Source: Roseibacillus sp. (GTDB taxonomy: Bacteria; Verrucomicrobiota; Verrucomicrobiia; Verrucomicrobiales; Akkermansiaceae). Taken from it: a stretch of 64,000 nucleotides of DNA. Under the pieces are notes generated by a model. That model saw nothing but the letters and a program-made list of their open reading frames with translations, was not told where the DNA came from and did not search any database. Location of the stretch: positions 448,001-512,000 of the forward strand of contig JBPOGI010000002.1 of the NCBI GenBank assembly GCA_051251855.1, given 5' to 3'. The stretch's first letter is position 1. Each line of letters starts with the position of its first letter. The position numbers were made by a program, and so were the translations under genes. This document shows, in pieces, positions 37,910 through 46,935 of this stretch.

Positions 37910-39271
37910 CTATTGAATGAGGCGGGTCTTGGGGTATTGGGCCTGCCAACCGAACCAGAAGGATTGGTGGGAGGGGTAACGAGGGAGGGTTTGGTCTGAT
38001 TTTTCGAGCTTTAGGGAGTTTTCGGTGAGGGTCCAGTTTTGACCGTCTTGGTCCTGCAACGTTTCCCAGCCATCCCATTTTTTGAAGACTTGGCCTGAAG
38101 TTTGATAGACTCTGCTCTCACCTTGAGGGGTTGTGATGATGACGATTTCGTCGCTTCCAACTTTGGTCGAGAAGAGAGGGGTCTTCTTGAGGAATTCGGT
38201 GTCGATGGCGACTGCGGAGTTGGGTTTATTGTTTCTCAGTGCAACAATTTCGCGCTTGTTGGGGAGTCTCTTATCAAGCTGAGGCACTTGGAACATCAGT
38301 CGGTCGGTTTCGAAGTAGCTTTCATAGGCCGCGCCTTCGTCGTAGTCTCTTTGGTGGCCAGTTTCTAAGGAAAGAGTAGTTGTTTTGGGGTGTCGCTTCT
38401 TCCAATCGCCCCAAGTGGTGGTGACCACGCTTCTTCGCTCGAGGGCGATGTCTTTGTCAACGAGGGGTCCGATAACGGGCTTGCCATGCAAGGTGCTCCA
38501 AAGTGAGGAGGTTGCTTTATCATACATGAGCTTGTTCGAACGATAGAGAAAGCCACTGGTCCCGAGTTGATGGAGGGTGCCTTTGTGTTGTGTTTCATAC
38601 AGAACCACAGTGCCACAAAGCGTTCAGTAGACGCCGGCGAGGGGGATGCCTTGGATGGTGTCGACGAACATCTCGTGCCAGGCGAGAATGCGCTTGGGGT
38701 AGGCGCGCGCTTCGCCTTCAACCTCAATGCCAAAGACGACGTCGCTGTCAGCTAGGTAGTCGGCGGAAGCTACTGAAATCATTCTGGGGTTTCGAAGGGG
38801 AGGAATTCCGTCTTGGAGAACTCCTCCCCAGACAACTTCGTCAAGCCGGATGATGGCTTTGTGTTTGTTGTCGAAGTAGTTTGCGAATTTTGGGTCTATC
38901 CGTTGATAGAGTTCTGATTTGAAAGAGGAATAGTTTGGTGAGGTTTGGTAGTCTTGAGACCAAAGCCAGTTTTTCCAGGCATCGCGGTCGTCGCCGAAGC
39001 TTTCGTCAGTTTGGGCGTGGAGGAAATCAAAGAGCTTTCGTGCGAGGAGTCGATCGCGGTTGAGACGCTGTGTTTCAAGAATCATGGGGACCTGAGCGGT
39101 ACTCCAACGGGCGGCGAGAGACTTTTTTGCCTTGTCCCACTGGTAGGGATCATCAGCGAGGCCTAGATAAAGGTCTGCGATGGGAGCGTTGGTGGTTTTG
39201 GCGTCTTGAGAGGGCGAGCAACTGACCAACAGCAGTAAGGTCGCGCTCACAAGAGGGGGAATCGGTCTCAT
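37910..39271 (-). CDS. DUF3179-domain lipoprotein, predicted selenoprotein (in-frame TGA 38624-38626)
   Basis: ORFs 38624..39271 and 37910..38608 join in frame: DGIPPL..P...ARAYP.RIL.WHE...GVY-TGA-TLCGT...GTSGFLYRSNKLMYD..T.SLW...FWFGW; lipobox LVSC. Confidence 0.88.
38581..38620 (-). promoter_or_regulatory. SECIS-like hairpin of the DUF3179 gene
   Basis: CTTTGTG/CACAAAG, TGTG/CACA and TTC/GAA stems; loop TGTAT begins 22 nt after the TGA. Confidence 0.65.
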
Positions 39272-39394
39272 AGTTTATAGGACGCTCTGGAGTTTGTTTT
39301 CATTCCCCGAAAAGATGAAGGCGAGAAGGGCGGAAGCGGGAGGGGTTGACATTGCGGGCTTGGGCCTCAGGTTGCGATCGGCGCAGGCCATTTA

Positions 39395-39844
39395 ATGAGT
39401 AATTTTGACTTGCGGGGGAATCCTGCCTTTCCCTGGCACAATGACGACAACAATCCGTGCACTTCTTGTGGAGCCTGTTGTGCCCACTTTCGAGTTTCTT
39501 TCTATCAGGGAGAGAGTGCGGAGTCTCCTTGGGGGACGGTGCCGGCGAAGTTGACTGAGTCGCTGACTCACCATCGTCTATTTATGAAGGGGACGAATCA
39601 GAAGAAGCCGCGTTGTGTGGCGTTGCACGGTGAGATCGGAAAGTGTGTGGGGTGTTCGATTCATGCGGAGCGGGCTTCGGTGTGCCGGGAGTTTCCGCCG
39701 TCGTGGGAGAATGGTGTGCATAATCCGGACTGTGATCGAGCAAGAGCAGCGCATGGGATGTTGCCGTTAGAGAATCCGGAGATTGTTCCCTTCGAGCCTG
39801 ATGATCTACCGACGGGGCCGGTGTTGCCGAAGAGAGCGGCGTAG
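39395..39844 (+). CDS. YkgJ-family cysteine-cluster (Zn/Fe-chelating) protein
   Basis: CTSCGACC, RCVAL.G.IG..V.CSIH..R.SVCREF, CDRAR. Confidence 0.9.
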   Translation: MSNFDLRGNPAFPWHNDDNNPCTSCGACCAHFRVSFYQGESAESPWGTVPAKLTESLTHHRLFMKGTNQKKPRCVALHGEIGKCVGCSIHAERASVCREFPPSWENGVHNPDCDRARAAHGMLPLENPEIVPFEPDDLPTGPVLPKRAA

Positions 39845-39848
39845 AGGT

Positions 39849-39923
39849 GGAGCGGCGGCCTTTATTGCCGCTGGAGGTTTTGGACGATTGCAGTGGTGGG
39901 CGACAGTAAAGGTCGCCCCTCCG
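39849..39923. repeat. REP doublet type B, copy 2
   Basis: GGAGCGGCGGCCTTTATTGCCGC...TTTTGGACGATTGCAG...GCGACAGTAAAGGTCGCCCCTCCG; same length and orientation as copy 1. Confidence 0.85.
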
Positions 39924-40619
39924 TCAATGGTAGCGGTAGCCGGCTCCGTGGACGGTTTTGATGACTTCGGGGTCGGCGGGGTCGGGTTCGATCTTTTTGC
40001 GCAGCTGGGAGATGTGTTGATCGAGAGAGCGGCTGTTAGGGAAGTAGTCCATACCCCAGGCGTGATTATAGAGCTCGTCGCGGGTGATGACTTGTGAGGG
40101 ACGGTCGTGGAAGAGCTGCAGGATTTTTAGGTCGCGGAGAGAGAGTTGGATTTCTTCTTCGCCGCGAAAGGCGCGGAGTTCGGCGGGGAAGACTTGAAGG
40201 GGGCCGAGGAGGAAGTTGGTGCCGAGAGAGGGTTTCTTTTCTAAGAGACGAGTACGGCGCAGGATGGCGCGGATGCGGGCGAGGATCTCGCGGACACCGA
40301 AGGGTTTGGCGACGTAGTCGTCGGCACCGAGTTCGAGTCCGACGACGGTGTCGATTTCTTCGGACTTGGCGGTGAGGAAAAGGAGGGGGACTTGGGCGTC
40401 TTCGCGGCGGATGCGCTTACAGACTTCGTAGCCATCGAGCTCGGGCATCATGACGTCGAGGCAGACGAGGTCGGGTTTTTCGGCTTGGAAATGTTCGAGG
40501 GCTTCGCGTCCGTTAGAGGCGGCGATGACTTGGAAGCCTTCTTGGGTGAGAATACGCACAAGGGCTTCACGGGTGTGGTGGTCGTCTTCGGCGACGAGGA
40601 TTTTGACGGAATCAGGCAT
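39924..40619 (-). CDS. OmpR/PhoB-family response regulator
   Basis: AEDD, LDVMMP, LTAK, GADDYVAKPF, wHTH ending KTVHGAGYRY. Confidence 0.95.
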   Translation of the reverse strand: MPDSVKILVAEDDHHTREALVRILTQEGFQVIAASNGREALEHFQAEKPDLVCLDVMMPELDGYEVCKRIRREDAQVPLLFLTAKSEEIDTVVGLELGADDYVAKPFGVREILARIRAILRRTRLLEKKPSLGTNFLLGPLQVFPAELRAFRGEEEIQLSLRDLKILQLFHDRPSQVITRDELYNHAWGMDYFPNSRSLDQHISQLRKKIEPDPADPEVIKTVHGAGYRYH

Positions 40620-42216
40620 CGAGAGAATTGGTTTGCAGTGGAAGAAGGAGTCGGAAGTGAGCGCCGGTGTCGGAGGGAAGGAGGGTGAGGTCTCCGTTCA
40701 TTTCCTGAGCAAGGGCGCGGGCGATGGAGAGGCCGATACCGGTGCCGGAGACTCCTTCGGTGAGTGAGGAGTTGAGGCGGGTGAAGGGCGTGAAGATCTT
40801 GCTGTGGGCTGAACGAGGAACGCCAGGGCCTTGGTCGGTGATGTCGATGGCAAGTTGGTTGCCTATCGGTTGGGTGGAGAGATGTGCGCTTTTGCCGTCG
40901 GCGGCGTATTTTTCGACGTTTGAGAGAAGGTTGCCGATGACTTGTTCAACGGCGTCGGGGTCGGCGAGGATAGTTAGGTTAGGGGAGAGCTCGGTAGTGA
41001 TGGTGATGCCGGCGAGGTCGAGGGATGGCTGCCAGTGCTTGAGACAGGAAGTGAGGAGGTTTTGGGAGTCGAGGGCTTGGGGATGGAGTTGGAGCTCGCT
41101 GCGGTCGGCTCGGGCAAAGGAGAGGACGTTGTTGATGAGGCGGGAAAGGCGGCTGGTTTCCTCGTTGACGACTTGGAGGGATTGCGCGGCAGGGTGATCG
41201 TTGTCGTCGAGGTCGTGGGTGGCCATCTCGGCGTAGAGGCGGATGTTGGTGAGGGGCGTTTTGAGTTCGTGACTGACTTGGTTGACGAAGGAGACGCGGC
41301 GAGAGGCTTCGCGCAGGGAGCGATTATTTTCGCGATAGAACCAAAAGGCGATGACGAGGAAGGCGGCGGCGAGGCCGAGGAGGTTGAGTAGGACTGAGTG
41401 GGGGAGTTTGTTGGGACTTTGAGAAATACTAGGGGAGTAGTATTCGAGGTTCCAGGTTTCCAAGGGTGGAGAAAGGATCAGGGCGAGGATGGGCGCTTCG
41501 TCTTCGGCAGGCGTGTGTTCGCCCCACTGATAGAGGGTCTGGCGGGTGGCGCTGCTCAAGATGATGCGGGCGTCAGGGAGGGAGGTGCTGGTGGGGAGGG
41601 AACCGATGAGACGGGCGAGGAAGGCCGGGCGGTTGATTTCAGAGCCGAGGACTTGGCCGTTGGAGAGGCGCATCCAGTGAAGGAGGTGGACGTCGTTGTC
41701 GTGGAACCAAGCGTGCCAACCAGTCTCCCGGGTGGTGGCGTCAGGGCGAACGATGTTGGTACTGCGACTGGCCTTTTGTCCTAGGACGGCCTTTTGGAGG
41801 CTGGGTGGAGGGCTGGGATAGGATGACTCCGAGACGCCGGTGAGCTGGATTCCTGATTCCCAGATGCTCTTTGTGCGGGCGAGGAAGGCCTGTGCGCTGG
41901 GGTTAGGTGAGTTGGCGGCGGGGAAGATGAGTTGGTTAGCGGGGTCGAGCAGAAAGGAATGAGCGACGAGGGGAGAGGAGATGTTAGCGGGCTGGCTAAG
42001 CGAGAGGTCGTAGGCTTGGAGCAGTTCTTGTTCGAGAGTGAGAAGTTGGTCTTGGAAGCTGCTATCGATGTCGTTGAGTTGTTGGGTGAGAAGGGTGTCG
42101 AGTTGTTGGTTGGTCTTGGTTTGTTCGCTCTGAGACATTTGGAAGCCCAAGTAGGCAATCAACCCTAAAGTGAGGATGATGAGCAGGAGAAAGGCGATGA
42201 GAGGGCGGGTCTTCAA
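40612..42216 (-). CDS. Membrane sensor histidine kinase
   Basis: Two TM segments, SHELKTPLT, NLLSNVEKY, DQGPG, GTGIGL; overlaps the regulator start. Confidence 0.93.
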   Translation of the reverse strand: MKTRPLIAFLLLIILTLGLIAYLGFQMSQSEQTKTNQQLDTLLTQQLNDIDSSFQDQLLTLEQELLQAYDLSLSQPANISSPLVAHSFLLDPANQLIFPAANSPNPSAQAFLARTKSIWESGIQLTGVSESSYPSPPPSLQKAVLGQKASRSTNIVRPDATTRETGWHAWFHDNDVHLLHWMRLSNGQVLGSEINRPAFLARLIGSLPTSTSLPDARIILSSATRQTLYQWGEHTPAEDEAPILALILSPPLETWNLEYYSPSISQSPNKLPHSVLLNLLGLAAAFLVIAFWFYRENNRSLREASRRVSFVNQVSHELKTPLTNIRLYAEMATHDLDDNDHPAAQSLQVVNEETSRLSRLINNVLSFARADRSELQLHPQALDSQNLLTSCLKHWQPSLDLAGITITTELSPNLTILADPDAVEQVIGNLLSNVEKYAADGKSAHLSTQPIGNQLAIDITDQGPGVPRSAHSKIFTPFTRLNSSLTEGVSGTGIGLSIARALAQEMNGDLTLLPSDTGAHFRLLLPLQTNSLDA

Positions 42217-42289
42217 GTGGGTGGGAGTTTAGGGGAAAAGAGGAGAGGTGGAAAGATTTGGTTGGATTGGCGTGGTTGGGTTTTTTCGA

Positions 42290-42346
42290 CGCAGAGCCGC
42301 AGAGAGCGCAGAGTGAACACAGAGGACGGACCGATGTGGTTTTGAG
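42290..42346 (+). repeat. Purine-rich CGCAGAG intergenic repeat, copy 1
   Basis: CGCAGAGCCGCAGAGAGCGCAGAG...CAGAGGACGGACCGATG; similar to 46694-46750. Confidence 0.65.
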
Positions 42347-42380
42347 TTTTCTTATTCTGCGAGGAAACGAAGTTAAGGTG

Positions 42381-42408
42381 AAAAGCCTGCTCGGGGGAGC
42401 AGGCTTTT
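42381..42408. terminator. Bidirectional intrinsic terminator
   Basis: AAAAGCCTGCTC-GGGG-GAGCAGGCTTTT. Confidence 0.85.
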
Positions 42409-42411
42409 GAT

Positions 42412-42476
42412 GGAGCAAAGACATTCTTGCCCTTGGGTTTCGATTCTTTGCTCAGGGACAGGAATGTCCCTGCTCC
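42412..42476. repeat. REP doublet type A, intact
   Basis: GGAGCAAAGACATTCTTGCCCTTG...CAGGGACAGGAATGTCCCTGCTCC. Confidence 0.75.
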
Positions 42477-42477
42477 C

Positions 42478-43812
42478 TTAGTCTTTCGAGCGGTAGCCGG
42501 AGTTTCCGCTGACTTTTTCGTTTTGGCGCTGGGTCATGGCTTTGCGTTTTTCTCCCCAAGCGGCGGTGTCCACTTTTGCGTAGTCATCAATATTGCGAGT
42601 GGCTTCTTTGGCAAGCTCTTCAGAGGACCATTTTGTGGCGTTTTCTTTAAGATAGAGAGAATTGCCCATAAGGACATCTTTAGCTTCCTGGACTTTTCCT
42701 TCGTCTCGAAGCTTCACGGCGGCGAGGTTCTTTTCGTTGGCGATGAAGTCAACGACCGCGACCATCACGTCGCGATTGGCGGACTTCTCCACAAGGGCTT
42801 TGTCGTTGGTGATGCGAGCGACAGATTGAGTAGCCGCCTTTGCGGTCTCGTTCTTACTGAGGTCGAAGTAGCTCACCTCGGTATTGGCGATGAGTTGGTC
42901 TTGTTCGCCTTCCAAGGATGGGGTCTCCACTTCGAGGAGGAGGAACTTGTCTTGCTCGGCATAGAGCTGGTTGAAGGTCACGGTGACGGTTTGGCCCACG
43001 ATGTTGGATGTGCGTCCCAAGGAGCGCACGGGGCGAACGCCTTCGGCGAGTTCGACTTTGAGGGTGATATTCTGAGCCACCACGGAGAGCATGCCGCCGA
43101 GTTCTTGGTCGAAGACTTGGGCGAGTTCGCCAGGGGTCTGTACGAAGGAGTGATTGCCGTCGGAATTGAGGGCGAGCTTGTTCATGAGGTCTTCGTTGTA
43201 GCCGTTACCGAGACCGATGGTGGTCACTGAAATGCCTTCCTTGGCGAGAGAGGTTCCGAGTTCACCGAGTTCCTGTGGGGATTGAGGTCCGATGTTGGCT
43301 TGGCCGTCGGAGAGAAGGATGACGCGATTGATGGCTTCTTCGTTTTTGAACTTACGCAGTTCTTCTGCTCCTTTGGCGACGCCTGCGAACAAGGCGGTAG
43401 AACCACGAGAGGTGATTTTGTCGATGGCGTCGTAGACGAATTTCTTGTCGGTGAGCTTGGTGGCAGGGACAAGGACTTCGACGACGTTGTCATAGGAGAT
43501 AACGGAGACGGTATCATTGCTCTGGAGTCGGGCGATGGCGATTTTGGCAGCGTCGCGAGCGCGGGCGATTTTTTCGCCGCTCATCGAGCTGGAGCGGTCG
43601 AGGACGATGGCGACGTTGATGGGGGCGCGTTCCTCAAGGGTGGGTGCTTCTCCGCCGGTGACGCTGACTTTGAGGTAGGAGGTTTGCTTTTCACCGGAAG
43701 GAAGGAGGGGGTGGCTAAGCTCGCTTTGGAGGCCCAGAGGGGCTTGTCCTTTTGCGAAGCTGAGGGCGGGTGCGGTAAGAACCGCGAGGGTAGTTAGAAG
43801 TTGTTTTTTCAT
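42478..43812 (-). CDS. Secreted von Willebrand factor A domain protein (YfbK-like)
   Basis: Signal peptide; MIDAS VLDRSSSM, GSTAL, LLSDGQAN, IGLGNGYNEDLM. Confidence 0.9.
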   Translation of the reverse strand: MKKQLLTTLAVLTAPALSFAKGQAPLGLQSELSHPLLPSGEKQTSYLKVSVTGGEAPTLEERAPINVAIVLDRSSSMSGEKIARARDAAKIAIARLQSNDTVSVISYDNVVEVLVPATKLTDKKFVYDAIDKITSRGSTALFAGVAKGAEELRKFKNEEAINRVILLSDGQANIGPQSPQELGELGTSLAKEGISVTTIGLGNGYNEDLMNKLALNSDGNHSFVQTPGELAQVFDQELGGMLSVVAQNITLKVELAEGVRPVRSLGRTSNIVGQTVTVTFNQLYAEQDKFLLLEVETPSLEGEQDQLIANTEVSYFDLSKNETAKAATQSVARITNDKALVEKSANRDVMVAVVDFIANEKNLAAVKLRDEGKVQEAKDVLMGNSLYLKENATKWSSEELAKEATRNIDDYAKVDTAAWGEKRKAMTQRQNEKVSGNSGYRSKD

Positions 43813-43864
43813 AAGTTGGCAATTTCGATTGCGCTCTTAAGGAAGCAGACTTTGACAGGGAAAG

Positions 43865-43903
43865 GGTCAGGGGTCAGTCAGGAGTGTGTAAGAGTTTTGT
43901 CAG
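43865..43903 (-). promoter_or_regulatory. Four direct repeats at 11-bp period (OmpR-family-type binding site)
   Basis: Minus strand CTGACA-N5-CTTACA-N5-CTGACT-N5-CTGACC upstream of the vWA gene. Confidence 0.65.
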
Positions 43904-43955
43904 AAACTGTGCAATTGTCTTTGAGCTTCAGACAGGGTAGCCTCCTCGGCTAGCT

Positions 43956-44633
43956 ATGAAAATTCTGATAATCCTCTTCGTTTTGGCCTCTGCTGTGGAG
44001 GGAGTGACCATTTTTAGGGACCGCGTTCTTGTCGGGGGAGGGCTCTTTGGTGATTTGGGAACGCTCGGTTTGACCGTGCAACATTCATCGAATGGTGACG
44101 AGGGATACGATTCCACTACCTTCCGGATGGCAAATCCGTTTTCGGAAATACCCACCCTTTTCGGGCCTGATGATCCTTTTCCCGTGAGCTCAAGGACGAG
44201 CTTATCAGCAGTCGAAGATGGTTGGACCATTGGGTTGGGGATTGATTGGGTGCAACCTTCGTCAGGAGCTTTATTGACGAAGGACAATTTCTTCGATCAT
44301 CCGGTTGTGCTGCGAACTGATTTTTTTCCTGCCACCATCAATAAGATTAATCTCCTTGGCCGAGATTCGTTGACCCTCGGGTTTCTGACAGCTGGAGGAG
44401 ATGTTTCCTTTGGTTCTCCTGGGGGAATTGGTTGGGTGACGTTTGATGTAGAGCCATCGATGGGTGATGCGGCCCTCAGTGGTCCGCTGCAACTGAGCTA
44501 TGTTGACTCGGCTTGGATTCCTGCAAACTATGGTATTTTTGCGGGGACTCTGGTTGTGGTTCCTGAGCCTAGCGGATTGATTTTGACGGGAGTGGGTTTG
44601 ATTGTTGCAGCATATAGGAGAAATAGAAGTTAG
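43956..44633 (+). CDS. PEP-CTERM sorting-domain protein
   Basis: Signal peptide; VPEPS plus TM segment plus RRNRS. Confidence 0.88.
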   Translation: MKILIILFVLASAVEGVTIFRDRVLVGGGLFGDLGTLGLTVQHSSNGDEGYDSTTFRMANPFSEIPTLFGPDDPFPVSSRTSLSAVEDGWTIGLGIDWVQPSSGALLTKDNFFDHPVVLRTDFFPATINKINLLGRDSLTLGFLTAGGDVSFGSPGGIGWVTFDVEPSMGDAALSGPLQLSYVDSAWIPANYGIFAGTLVVVPEPSGLILTGVGLIVAAYRRNRS

Positions 44634-44697
44634 CTGGTTTTCTGGGGAATTGAACGATTGTTTGCAACTTGGGGAGGGGCAGGAGGTTTGAGCCTAA

Positions 44698-45765
44698 ATG
44701 AAATGGATTGTATTGGCGCTAGTGGGGACTGGATTTTCGAGCGGTCAGGTTCCTTTCGAGAGATTGGACAAGAATGGTGATGGCTTGATTCAGAAGGAGG
44801 AGTTGCCTGCAGGATTGCGGAAGAACTTCGAGCGGGTGGACAGCGATGGGAGCGGGGGGATTTCCAAGGAGGAGCATGAAGCGGTGACTCGGAGGCGGGG
44901 AGGGCCTCATGAGATTGAGGGGGTAACGGTGATTCGTGATGTCGATTATGTGGGGGAGGGCAATCAAAGACAGATGATGGATTTCTATCTCCCTGAGAAC
45001 GAGGAAGATTTGCCGGTGATTTTGTGGGTGCATGGCGGGGCTTGGAAATCAGGAAACCGCGGCGGAATCAATCGCGTAAAATCATTCTTGGAGGATGGGC
45101 GCTATGCGGTGGTTTCGATTGGGTATCGACTGACTGATGAGGCGCAGTGGCCAGCACAGATTCATGATTGTAAGGCGGCGGTTCGCTTCGTGCGCGCAAA
45201 TGGTTGGAAGTATGGGCTAGACCCTGAGCGCATCGCTGTGGTGGGAAGTTCCGCGGGAGGACATTTGGTGGCGATGCTGGGGCTGACCGGAGGGGATGCT
45301 GAATTGGAGGGGGAACTGGGGCTTCATGTCGGGACATCCTCGAAGGTGAGTTGCGTGGTCGATTTCTTTGGTTCGAAGGATCACACGGTGATGGATGAGC
45401 AAGGGAGTCGAATGGACCATGGGTCGGCGTCTTCTCCGGAGGGTCTGTTAGTGGGTGGCGCAATTGCCGAGAATTTAGAGAAGGCGCGAGAGTCTTCGCC
45501 GATCTATCATGTTTCGAAAGGTGATGCTCCAATGCTGATTTTTCACGGGACAAAGGATCCGCTGGTGCCTTACCAGCAGTCGGTGGACTTTGAAAAGGCG
45601 TTTGAAGCAGAGGGTGGGGACGTGACTTTAGTGACGATAGAAGGTGGCGGCCACGGAAAGGGTTTTCCGGCGGAGGTGGAGAAACTCTTTGGGGATTTCC
45701 TAGAGAATGCGTGCTATGGGGGCGAGCACGAAATCATAGACCATACGCTGAAAGCGATTAGGTAG
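44698..45765 (+). CDS. Secreted alpha/beta-hydrolase (HSL/BD-FAE-like esterase) with N-terminal EF-hand pair
   Basis: DKNGDGLI, DSDGSGGI; HGGAW, GSSAGG, HGTKDPLVP, GGHG. Confidence 0.88.
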   Translation: MKWIVLALVGTGFSSGQVPFERLDKNGDGLIQKEELPAGLRKNFERVDSDGSGGISKEEHEAVTRRRGGPHEIEGVTVIRDVDYVGEGNQRQMMDFYLPENEEDLPVILWVHGGAWKSGNRGGINRVKSFLEDGRYAVVSIGYRLTDEAQWPAQIHDCKAAVRFVRANGWKYGLDPERIAVVGSSAGGHLVAMLGLTGGDAELEGELGLHVGTSSKVSCVVDFFGSKDHTVMDEQGSRMDHGSASSPEGLLVGGAIAENLEKARESSPIYHVSKGDAPMLIFHGTKDPLVPYQQSVDFEKAFEAEGGDVTLVTIEGGGHGKGFPAEVEKLFGDFLENACYGGEHEIIDHTLKAIR

Positions 45766-45798
45766 GCTCTCCTTTCTGAATGCCGCAAGATGCGTCAG

Positions 45799-46617
45799 CT
45801 ACGGGACGCGGGGAAATTGGGTAAAGTCGGGAGCGCGTTTTTCGATGAAGGCGTTTTTGCCTTCTTTGCCTTCTTCAGACATATAGTAGAGGAGGGTGGC
45901 GTTGCCGGCGAGGTCTAACAGGCCCATCTGACCGTCGCAGTCAGCATTGAGAGCGGACTTGAGGCAGCGGAGAGCGAGGGGAGAATGGGCGAGCATTTCG
46001 CGACACCATTTGATGGTTTCTGCTTCGAGCTCGGGGTAGGGAACAACGGTATTGACGAGGCCCATGTCGAGGGCTTCTTGAGCGTCGTATTGGCGGCAGA
46101 GGAACCAGATTTCGCGTGCTTTCTTTTGGCCGACGATGCGGGCGAGGTAGCTGGAGCCGAGACCGCCGTCGAAGGATCCGACTTTGGGGCCGGTTTGGCC
46201 AAAGCGGGCGTTGTCGGCGGCGATGGTGAGGTCGCAGACGATGTGGAGGACGTGGCCGCCGCCGATAGCGTAACCGGCGACCATGGCGACGACGGGTTTG
46301 GGGAGGGAGCGGATTTTTTTCTGAAGGTCGAGGACGTTGAGGCGGGGGACGCCGTCTTCGCCGATGTAGCCGGCGTGGCCGCGCACTTTTTGGTCACCGC
46401 CAGAACAGAAGGCTTTTTCGCCCTCGCCAGTGAGAATGATGACTCCGACGGAGGGGTCTTCGTGGGCCATGTCGAAGGCGGAGAGCAGCTCGCGCACGGT
46501 TTGGGGGCGAAAGGCATTGCGAACTTCGGGGCGGTTGATTGTGATTTTGGCAATCGCGCCTTCGTCGGTGGTTTCGTAACGGATGTCTTCGAATTCGGCT
46601 TTGGTGGTCCAGCTCAT
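45799..46617 (-). CDS. menB: 1,4-dihydroxy-2-naphthoyl-CoA synthase
   Basis: [51 protein letters not shown]. Confidence 0.97.
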   Translation of the reverse strand: MSWTTKAEFEDIRYETTDEGAIAKITINRPEVRNAFRPQTVRELLSAFDMAHEDPSVGVIILTGEGEKAFCSGGDQKVRGHAGYIGEDGVPRLNVLDLQKKIRSLPKPVVAMVAGYAIGGGHVLHIVCDLTIAADNARFGQTGPKVGSFDGGLGSSYLARIVGQKKAREIWFLCRQYDAQEALDMGLVNTVVPYPELEAETIKWCREMLAHSPLALRCLKSALNADCDGQMGLLDLAGNATLLYYMSEEGKEGKNAFIEKRAPDFTQFPRVP

Positions 46618-46693
46618 TGGTAGGGAGACTATAGCGGGAATTTTGGTGCTGTCTAAGGGGTTTTGAGGACGTGACGGGGTTGGATGAATTCAC

Positions 46694-46750
46694 CGCAGAG
46701 TCGCGGAGGACGCTGAGAGTCGCAGAGGGATGGACCGATGGGTTTTTAAG
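46694..46750 (+). repeat. Purine-rich CGCAGAG intergenic repeat, copy 2
   Basis: CGCAGAGTCGCGGAGGACGCTGAGAGTCGCAGAGGGATGGACCGATG. Confidence 0.65.
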
Positions 46751-46935
46751 AGGAGAAAGGGAGGGAAAAGAGGCCGGACCGGGATGATTTTTTTTGAACC
46801 ACCGCGGGAGCGGGGCGCGCAGAAGGAAGCGAAGGTAACGAAGGACGGGGTTGGTGGTCTTCGTGGAAAGAGCTGAGGCTTGATGGACTTTTGTTTTTGA
46901 GTTTTTGAATGGGGTGAGTCCGGTTAGTTAAGGGG

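Noticed and set aside
13700..39271. Genome-wide UGA=Trp/Gly reassignment (genetic code 4 or 25) as the explanation of the in-frame TGAs
   Set aside because: smc, gnd, rlmF and others end at TGA at their expected C-termini (gnd is followed by a terminator), Trp is encoded by TGG, and long genes contain no internal TGA.
37796..39923. Repeats considered as a CRISPR array
   Set aside because: Only two palindromic copies 2 kb apart, no spacer periodicity and no cas genes.
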